Below, piece after piece: positions 53,756 through 64,000 of a stretch of 64,000 nt of DNA. The stretch is from contig JBITNC010000001.1 in NCBI GenBank assembly GCA_050084985.1, positions 139,376,001 through 139,440,000 of the forward strand, read 5' to 3'. The DNA comes from Nageia nagi (Eukaryota > Plantae > Pinophyta). Position 1 is the stretch's first letter; every line of letters starts with the position of its first letter. A program made the position numbers and the translations under genes. The notes beneath the pieces are model-generated. The model had not been told where the DNA came from. It saw nothing but the letters and a program-made list of their open reading frames with translations, and did not search any database.

Positions 53756-56700
53756 TGTTACCAAGTGAGTCTAGATTATCGAATAATTGCTTATGCTTTT
53801 TATTGTATTAATCAAAGAATTTATACATGTATATATAGCCTCATAAAGCTATGGTTTACATTTAATCTAAGTTAATATGCCAATAGTTTACAAGCATATG
53901 GTGTTCCATGCATATGGTATTCAAAACCCCATTTTATGTATCTAGTATTCATGATGGTTGTATCCATATAGATGTCCTTATGGATCTAGTTCACCTTTAT
54001 ATTTTTCATCATTGAGAATATCCTAGTTGGTGATTATGATGGCTAAGTGATTATACCATTTTGTTATTGATAGCATTTTAATTTTTGGGTACTCATTACC
54101 TTTTTAAAAGTATCGATTATATTCACATTATTCTTCACCTTATCCAAATCGAATTCATCTTCTTCACTTATTTATCTGATGAAGTGATTCCTTACCCTAA
54201 TATCCTTGGTCTTATTATGTAAATTTAAATTTATAATAAGGTTGATATAACTCTTGTTATAACACCACAATGGAATTGAATAGTATTATGCACTAATATC
54301 TAAATACAAAAGTTTGAGCTATATTGCTTTCTTGGAAATCTTTCTTGTTGCAATGTGATCAACTTTTATTATTCATTAAGTAACCAAATATTATTTATTT
54401 CTTCTCTAACTAATGGATCTTCCTAAAATTATAAAGACATATGCACTTGTGGAATTTCCACCATCTATATCTTGTGCAAAATTAGCATCTACATAGTCAT
54501 TCAATTGGCTATCACCTTCAACCTAATAATGTACCCTAACATCCTTAATTGATTAGAGATACCAAAATATCGTCTTTATGGCCATACAATGCTATCATCC
54601 TATATTTAACATAAATTGATTGATAACTACTACTACATGTGGCAAGTTGAATCATGTACACATCATTGCATACATCAACTTACTAGCTACACTTACATAT
54701 GGTACATTTGCTATTTCCTTTTTCTCAATTACTATCTTTGGCAATTATTCCATGGAAAATATTGATCCTACTACAAATGGATTACTTATTAGTTTGTAAG
54801 TATTCATCCCAAATTGCTTCAATATATCATCTACATATTTTATTCAGTTTATCCATAACTTTTCCCTATTGACCTTAATACTAAGGAAGTAGCAAAATGC
54901 ATCCAAATCCTTCATGTCAAGCTTCTTTTCTAACTTTATATTCACCTTTTGGACCAATTTTAGAAATTGGTAAGAAGATATATGTCATTGATATAAAATG
55001 AAGGATACAAAATATAATTGAATTTTTTAACTAGTATATGGAATGAACAACATTTTTCATCTCAAATCCATGCTTAATCATATAATGATCAAATTTCTTG
55101 TACCATTGTGTTGGTGATTGTATCAATCTATAAATTAAAGTTTACACACGTGATTGCTCCTATTGATTGCAAACTTCTTTGGCTCCTCCATGTATATCTT
55201 CTCCTTCAACTCACCATTAAGAGATCCAATATTCACATCTATTTACTCAACTTCCCAATCATTTGTTGCTCCTATTGCCAATAATAACCTAATTGAGGAT
55301 AGTATAGCTACTATTAAGAATATCATTGAGTAATCAATACCTTCTATTTATGTATATCCTTTGGTAACTAACCTTAACTTATACTGCTCCATAGAGCCAT
55401 CTAGATTATGCTTTTTCTTGAAGAACCATTTGTACCTAACCAATTTTCTTCCTTTTATCTAGGATGAATATCCCATGCTTGATCACAATTGAGGGATTCC
55501 ATCTCCTATTCCATTACCATTCTCCACTCCTTAGCCTCATCATCTCTCAAGGCTTGCTTGACACTAATAGGCTCATCATATAGAGTGATAAGTGTAGGAT
55601 ACTCTAAGTCACTAGAGTCATATTCAAACTTGTCATGAGATCTACTTTGGTATTGAATCATATAAGGTGGATGATTATTTTATTCAGTTTATATTTTATT
55701 TTTACTTTACACTTATTGGGAACCTCCTCCAACATAATCTTTGGTAGATGAATCATCATTTATAGGTCATTAATCATTACTACTTATTAAGAAACTATCA
55801 ACAATCATATTTTGGTTACTTGGGCATGCTAGAGAAGGTTGATCCTCATATCCAATAGAGAATTATTGACTAACTCTTGAATTTTGTTCCTATTGAGAAG
55901 ACTCAATTTTGATAAGTTGAACATGATCTATGTTAGGCAATTGATCATAATTCTTCAATTTACCTTCTTCTTTCTTTCTTACAACTATAACATACTTTAT
56001 GAAAATTACATCACAAGATACTACATGATATTTTTTGATGGGATACATAATTTGTATCCCTTCATACCTTCCTTATAATCCATATATATGTATTTGAATG
56101 ACTTAAAGTATAATGTTTTTTTTTGGTTTGAGAAAATGCATATAATCCTCACATACAAATTCCCTAAGATTCTCAATAGTGGGTTTCTTATAGGTAAACT
56201 TTTCTTATGGATTCACACTTTCTAAAACTAAACTTGGAGATAGATTATTTATATAGTTAGCGGTATGAACCATCTTGGTCAAAAACTTCTTCTCAAGGAA
56301 TGCATCCTCTCACATATCTATTCTTTCTCTATGAGATTTACATTCAACCTCTCAGCCAAACCATTTTGTTATAGGATGTATGGTATGCTTTTATGTATTA
56401 CAATGATATGCATCATATAGAAGGAATTGAATTATTTTGAGTAATTTACTCACCTTCATTACTAATCCTCAATACCTTAACCTTCTTATTAGTTTGCCTC
56501 TATACCTCAAAAATGCATATCATTAACTTCTCCAAGGCTTTATCTGTATTCTTTATGAAGAATACCTAAGACTTATAGGAGAAGTCATCAATGAAGGTAA
56601 TCATGTAATTGGACCCTAATATGGAAGGTATCTCCATAGGTCCACAAATGTCTTAGTTTACCAACTCCTATATATTCACAATTCTATACTCATTAGCAAA

Positions 56701-59139
56701 GAAAGATACTCTCTTTTATTTTCCTATGACATAATACTTATACAAATCTAATGCATTGAATTTATTATCTTCCAAACCATGTACTAGCTATTTGGAGAAC
56801 ATCTTCTTAAGCTCCTCTTTCCTATGTGTGACATCCTCTTGTTATATAACATTATTTCAAAATAGCTATTATTTGTTGTTGTACTTACAAAAATCAACAT
56901 TTCTATATCTATCTTATAGAGGGATTCTTTTATGATTCCATGAATTAAAATAATTGTACCATTCTTTAAATTTACAATAATTCTTATTGAAGATATCCTA
57001 CAAATCATCATTAGAAAATTTATCTATTGAGAGTAAATTTTATTTTAGTCTAGGAAAATGATTAGCATTACTAATGGTATACAATCTATCATCTTTTAAC
57101 CTTAATCTCATTTTACCTCTAACTACCATATCATAGTGATAGCTATCTTTAAGGAACAACTTCCCATGATGATCCTCATGGTAGGTCTCAAACCAATATC
57201 TATGAGATATAATATGAAATTATGTACCTAAGTCAATCAACCATGATTCTACATAGGAATCAATTGCCAATATTATATCTAGGCCTACCATTCCTTCTTT
57301 AGTTATGAAAATGATAGAGGTAGAATCCTCATCCTACTTTTAAAACTATTTTTTCTAGTGGCTCTTGTTACATCCTTTCTTTTGGTATTTTCAACAGTCT
57401 ATATCTTACTTTAAACCTCTACTGGGAAATCACTCCTTAATTTTTACCTTTATATTTTCTATGTGATCTCTCATTATTTCTATGATCTCTACTCCTCCCT
57501 CTCACATTCAATGCTTTAGCACTACTTTTGGGATCCACAATATTCTTGATTGCTTCCTCTTGTAAGAGCTACATCATGATATTTTCTATCTTTAGACCAA
57601 TAATCTTAGTATTCCAAATGATCACAATGATCATATTATCCCATGTATTAGGGAGGTTACACAATAGAAAAATACATTGCTCCTTATCATTCATTTAGTC
57701 TCTCACTAACACCAATTGGTTTATGAGGGTATTGAAAGTATTGAGATACTTCTCTATTCTGCTATCATTAATCATCTTTAATCTATATAATATTTTCATC
57801 AACAAGATTAATTTTATCATGGATTTGAACTTATACAACTATACCAAACTATCTCACATCTACTTGTCTATTTTGATGATGATACATTTGAGAGAATGCA
57901 ATCAATGAGATTTAATCCTATTAATGTAATAGCCTTTCCAATTTTTTTTATCTCACTCCTCTTGGGATAACTATCCTAGCTTTATGTCATGTAAGATCAC
58001 TTCCTTCAAATCTTGCTCCACCAAAATATATTACATCATTAAGTTTAAAATATTGAAATTCTACCCTTTGAACTTATTAATAATGGATTTTTCTATTTTC
58101 TCTATTATTCAAATAGTCAAATTCTCCTTCAATCAAGGTGACCTTAATTTGAAGAATATATTGACCAGCCTAACATCACAAAGCTTTGACCACTAGTATA
58201 TGAGAACATCTATATGGATGATATGATCCACTCCATTATCCCCCTATAAATTAGGTAAAATTGAAGTGAACACATCAATGTACATGCAATGAATAGTGCA
58301 CAAGTAATTGATTAGATAGAAATTATAGCCATACTTTCCCATAAGTGATAAAGGTAGTTTAAGTATATGATAGACTATAATAGGTATTGTTATCTTGCAT
58401 CCAAACACCACCACGTAGATGATATGTTTATAGTTTGATCTATAATGATAACATCTGCAGTATAGCTCATGATTGAATCAACTCTCTCATTCTCTAGTGT
58501 ACAAAGTTTCCATCAATAAGATTTCATATGCATATTAAAATGATTCCAACCAACCTCACTAGGTAGAAGGATGACCTTCTAATACATCGAACCAACAATA
58601 TTTGATCATTGAATACCATTTGATCTATTCCATGATAGAAATATTGAACCATGTGATCTCATCAAATGCCTACTATGAAATCATGTAGTGATAAACTTGA
58701 TATAATGACCCAACAAATTATTTACTTAAGTATGCACTAATTGATGCACCTAAATTTCCTTTAGCTTATCACAAATGATGTCCACCAATATAAATCTATG
58801 AAGTTGAATTAATTCTTCATAATTTCCTTCATATATCTTTCTTGCCAATGTAGTCATTAAGAAATACTGGAAACTCCACACATGCAGCAAGAATATATCT
58901 TGTTCTTTACACCACCAAGAGATTTTACCTAGCAAGAGTATCTACAAATCTCTCTTTGGGATCTTAATAGAACGTATATCTAATACCAATGTTACCAAGT
59001 GACCCTAGATTGTAGGAGAATTACTTCTACTTTTTGATTGTACTAATAAAATAATTCATACATGTATATATAGCCACATAGAGTTATGGTTTACACTCAA
59101 TTCAATGATAATACACCAATAGTTTACAAGCACATGGTA
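53756..59139 (-). mobile_element. Degenerate Ty1/copia element (copy D), near full length
   Basis: LTRs 53756-53926 and 58990-59139 (outer end truncated). PPT at 53927-53935, decayed PBS at ~58976-58988. Minus strand: gag NKFKG*NF (~58075), WLIDLG (~57240), ITFIDDFS (~56590), RT and RNase H at 54150-55500. Collinear with 18684-22351 plus 28732-29302. Confidence 0.93.
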
Positions 59140-60762
59140 AGGTGATTACCTTCTCATTAGTCTAGGGTAAGGAGGTTATAGTTATATTATAATGAATTAT
59201 TTATTCCCTTAGGGCTTCACTTAAAGATATGCTTTCAAAGGAATATGAAATGTAAGTAAGGTTACAACATTTATAATAATTATATAAGAAGAGGCTTCAT
59301 ACATTGCAACACCCTAAAATATATTATAACAGGATAAATATGATATAGAGTAAGAAAATTCAACCAAGAGGGTTTCAAATTGAAGATTCTTGTTCCTATA
59401 TAAAAATAGGAAAATGATAAATAAAAGAAACTTTTTTGAAGTAAACTTTAGTCTTAATTTGGTTTCCCCTTATATCATCACCAAAATATTTACCTTTAGG
59501 GAATATAACTTAGTAACAATGCAAATAACGATCTTTCCAAATAAATAAATATCATGTATCTTAAGATGTATTATACTTAAACAAACTAACATAATAAATG
59601 TAATTCATAAATTTATATGTTAAAATATGTTCTTTCTACATATCCTAATATGCGGGGTAGAAATCCTTTATAACACGTGTATCCATGGGATTCTTAAAAA
59701 ATTCTATATTTTTAAAATTTACAAATCTCTTTTAATTTACTAAACCCCTTATTTAAACCCATATTTTTAAAATTTACAAATCTCTTTTTATTTAATAAAC
59801 CCCTTATTTAAACTCCTATATAATAAATAATAACCTTTTTTTAAATCATACCATTTTATAAAAAAAACTTGAATCAATTTTTAATACCCCTTAGTAGTTT
59901 TATCCCTTGATATTGTCACTTTGAATTATAGCAATCTAAAACTTTGTTAATTAAAAGTATTGTCTCTCATTATTTAAAGTCACCTAAAATAATGAATCTT
60001 GATATGGAGTGAAAAGTACTTATTTGAAAAATTATTGTGTAAAATAATACCTCTTGAGATTGAAAATAAATGGCAATATCAAAAATCACTTGATATATGT
60101 ATACTACAAGACAACATGAAATTTGTCATACCCACGCACGAAGGGAAGTAGAGTAAAGAAGAGGGTGAGGGAGTGTTGATAGGTTTTTGACATATGTACA
60201 TGGTATGTAACTAATTATATTCACTGGATAGCCTTTTCCTAAAATATATAGCTAATAGACATTAAAAATAACTTTGATCCTTTTAAATAGAGAATTTTAT
60301 GATCAATTTTATAATAAATGGAAAATCTTCAAACTTGGGCTCTTAATGTAGATGTTGAAAACTCTAAGGATGTGGAATTATAAAAGAAAATTTAATAAAA
60401 TACTAATGAATTCTAATGTAAATAAAATATATTGTATAAATTTTAAACACTCCTACCCCATTCCCCTATAAAATACTTGACAATATATTGATAATTGAAC
60501 TTTATATTAAAAATACCCAATGCTAGGATTGACATGCTATTTACAATTTGTTAATAATGACCTTATATGTCCCCTATGTTTTATTATTGCTTAAATAATT
60601 CATGATAAATATGTATAAAAAAGAATTTAAAAGTGCTTGTAATGATTGAAAATTACATATTTGTTTAACAAAAATGGGTATTTTGAAGATCTAATTTATA
60701 ATTATGACATATCAATGATGCATTATTAATTTTGAAATTTTATTCTAAATTCACTATGATAA
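59140..60762 (+). repeat. Partial fifth copy (E) of the integrase-remnant/spacer unit, split by a ~0.9-kb insertion
   Basis: 59140-59650 aligns to 40040-40546, and ~60566-60762 aligns to ~40548-40740. Confidence 0.85.
59651..60565. mobile_element. Unclassified ~0.9-kb insertion with a 55-bp tandem repeat (59706-59815)
   Basis: Absent from paralogous copies B and C. Starts tgcggggtag. No convincing terminal repeat or TSD. Confidence 0.45.
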
Positions 60763-63700
60763 TGTAATTTCCCCAAATTTGTAAAACGTCCACTTTCTCT
60801 CCTCTTGGAGTGTGACATTCATGGCCAAGGAGGAGAAACCAAAAATAAATTAATTTAGGAGTATTTTATTAATATTTTGCATTTATTTCTATAACCAAGG
60901 CTAAAGAGACCCTTGAGGCACTCACCCTTGGATTTTATTTAATTAATCTGGCTCAATTATTTGTAATTAATGCAATATTAGTCTCTCATAATGGGATGTT
61001 GCATTTATGAGCCATTGATCTTGTAATTTGGCATCTTTAGGCAACCATTGTGGGATGCTGGGCTTCCTGGGTCCCTAGATGATTTAATTTGTCATCCCAA
61101 GACACCAAAAGAGGGATGTTGCACTTTGGGTGATTCCAAGGTATGAGAGATCTTGTTATAAAAGGAGATGGGATGCATCATTTACAGGCATGCTTGAAGA
61201 TCATCAGAGCTTATCTCTTTCTAGGGGTTAGCAACTAGTGGAGTTGTAGCTTTCTAGCTAGCTTAGTGGGAGAGCTCAAGCCAGTGTGGAGGAGTTCTTA
61301 CCTAAGCTAGGATAGTAGCTTGAGCCAATGAGATGGAGTTGTTAGAGTAGCTTGAGCCAGTGAGGTGGAGTTACTAGAATAGTTCGAGCTAGTGTGGTGG
61401 AACTATTCCATTCCTGATCTAGATCCAGCTAGTGGGGCAGATCTAGATCCAGCTAGTGGGGCAGATCTAGATCCAGCTAGTGTGGCCATATTCCAAATCT
61501 AGATCTAACCTACCAAATCAGTGTGAGGAGGCATGTCCTAGATCCAGACTAGCCAAATCAATATGAGGAGGCTCATCCAGCATTAGGGAGAAGAGGTTGA
61601 AGAACTTGTAGGGCCAGATCATCCAAATCTACCTTATGAGGGAAAACATCCCCCTTCTTGAGTATTTAGGTATTTTTCCTTAAGTATTGTACTTATCCAT
61701 TTGGGACATCCCAACTCTTAAAGAATAAAATTCATTTCTGGCTCTATTTCTTGTTCAATTTGCAGATCTGATTTGAATTGAGCTAGTTAGAAAAATATAA
61801 AAATATTTATAAATTCTAAGTGGTGATATTTCAACTTAGAATATTACACTTTAACAAAAATCACATTTTATGAGTTTTGGGGATATTACAATGGTATCAG
61901 AGCTAGTTTTCCTACCAGCCTGTATTAGCTCATGCTGCTCAAGATCCATAATTACTACTTGAGAGGAAGAAGTGATCCTGATTACCAGTCAAGCTTGGAG
62001 GAGAGAGACATAATAAATCTAGAGGGATTTGAACAGTGGGAGGAAGCTAAATAAGGGAACATGGTTGATTCCAACATAGCCATCCTAGATGCATTAAGGA
62101 AGATGATGGAGCAATTACAGATACTCACATCCCAAAGAGGGAACCAGACTCCACCACCCAGCTGGGGGAATAGAAATGGCCAAGGAGAGAGCTCATCTAG
62201 GGCTAGATCTTATTATCAGAAGTTTGTACCTATTCCACCTAAGCCTCTTTTTAGAAAATAGGAAGATCTGGAGGAGATCTATCAGAGACATCAGGAGAGG
62301 CTCGACTAATTATTCAATGAGTACATGGTCAAACTAGTAGAGTATAGAAACATCATATCTTTCCAAGAATTTCATGGACAATTGGAGGGAGGACAAGGAG
62401 GATGCCCACCTATCTTTAAGGAGCCATTATAGAAGATCCAATTGGATAAATTTGATGGAGGTGCAGGGATCTTGGTAAGAGGATGGATTCACTAGCTCCA
62501 AATGTACCTATCTTTCAATTCCATGGCAAAAGATGAGGCCATAAATTTTACCATACTCTCCCTGAAGGGACGAGCCTATGAGTGGTGGCACCATGGATTG
62601 AAAATGTTAGGGCATGACCAGATCTCAACTTTTGATGAATTTTGCCAAAGGTTGCTGGAACATTTTGAAAAGAAGACTAAAGAAAGTTACTTTCATGAGC
62701 TCACCAAGATCCAATAGAAAGGTACAGTTGAAGAATATGTAGATGAGTTTATGAATGTTTCTGTTATGGTTTTAGATCTATCAAAAGTTAGAAGGATGGC
62801 TATATTCATGGAGGGTTTGAATGAAAATATCAAAGCATCTATCAAAGCATTTGAGCTAAATGATCTTGATGAGGCAATCAAAATGGCCATAGTAGTTGAA
62901 TAAACCAGTCTAATATGAGGAAAGAGCAATCAAGGAAGGATGCAACCACCTCGGCAACAAATTATGCCATCAAGTAAAATGAATGGGAGCCAAGGAAGGC
63001 TCACGTCTCCACCAAGGAGAAATGCATGGCCATTGGAGTAGACATAGAGGGATTGAGATATCTCACATTCTAAAATGAGAAGAAGGAAAATGTGCTTTGT
63101 TTGTAGAGGATCATGGGAGCTAGGTCATTGTTGCAATGGGAAGGTGCAACTCAGTTATGTAGAGGTAGTGGAGATGGAGGAACCTAAATCAGATCTATGG
63201 AGCATTTTAGAATTTATGGAAGAGTTTTCCACTCATGACACCTTGGCCACCATTAGTGGAGCACCCCATTGCTCCACATTGCGCATTCAGGGAAGAGCTC
63301 TAGGAGAAGAAGTGACTATTCTTATCAATGGAGGGGCATCTCACAACTTCATTGATGCTTTGTTTACTACCGAGAAAGGAGTAAGGATGGATGTTTTTGA
63401 AGGATTCAATGTAGCCAATGCTAACAGTCAGATCTCATTTTGCAATAAGGTGATTAGACAACTTCCAGTTGACACCAATAATTACTCCATGAGAAGTGAT
63501 TTCTATGTATATCCCATGGCAGGGACTTTGCACATGGTCTTTAGAATTCAATGGCTAAAAAATTTGGGGGAGATTAGGACAAATTATGACACCTTGGAAA
63601 TGAATTTCCTAGCAAATGGAAAGGAGGTCATCATGAGAGGATTGTAGGGTAGCAATAGGGCCACTTCACAAGCCCATTGATTGGAAGTAATAGAAGATCC

Positions 63701-64000
63701 AAAGTAGTAACATTGAATCATTCCTCATGTCCCAAATAGAACTACCATGCAAGACATCACCCAGTCCCAAGGTAACATGCCCACATTTGCTCAACCATTA
63801 ACGAATTGGTTAAGAGTGTTCTTTTTTTGGATAATAAGTTGGAGGTTGATTGAAGATTGGAAACAAGTGATAATACTTGCTAGTCAAATTTACTTCTCTT
63901 TGGCATATATGTCCCTATTACAAGTATATTGCTATAAAAGTTTTTAAGACAAATTGTCCATCATCTTGCTTAAAATGAGAAATAGAGGGATTGGAGATTT
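60763..64000 (+). mobile_element. Ty3/gypsy element: 5' LTR (60763-61890), PBS, gag and protease
   Basis: 15-bp terminal IR tgtaatttccccaaa/tttggggatattaca; PBS tggtatcagagc at 61892-61903. Gag AINFTILSLKGRAYEWW..TFDEFC, knuckle CFVCRGSWELGHCC, protease VTILINGGASHNFI..MVFRIQWLKNLG. Confidence 0.93.
61270..61487 (+). repeat. Tandem repeats within the gypsy LTR (~32-bp x4 and 24-bp x3)
   Basis: tagcttgagccagtgaggtggagtt-type units at 61270-61403; gatctagatccagctagtggggca at 61416, 61440 and 61464. Confidence 0.9.

Noticed and set aside
61270-61487. Short regular repeats that could be mistaken for a CRISPR array
   Set aside because: Contiguous tandem units with no unique spacers, inside a plant LTR, and no cas genes.

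Overview
Very AT-rich, CpG/CHG-depleted eukaryotic DNA from a large plant genome. It looks gymnosperm-like, judging from element types, PPR-gene remnants and decay pattern (inference). It is not prokaryotic: no rRNA, tRNA or CRISPR is recognisable. Most of the window is old, nested retroelements: three Ty1/copia elements plus a remnant, a chromoviral Ty3/gypsy with intact termini, a second gypsy at the right edge, Tat/Ogre-type gypsy remnants, a 5'-truncated RTEX-like LINE and an ORF1-only L1-like LINE inside a 4-kb tandem duplication. Two structures stand out. (1) A dispersed tandem array of 4-5 copies of a unit carrying an acidic-N-terminus/C-terminal GT-1-type trihelix (Myb/SANT-like) gene. 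Only one copy (51.6-52.5 kb) kept its CpGs and a near-intact frame, yet it has a 2-bp frameshift inside the domain. (2) A non-autonomous LTR element whose ~3.5-kb LTRs carry a captured PLS-class PPR gene fragment. All calls come from manual reading and translation; no database searches were run.
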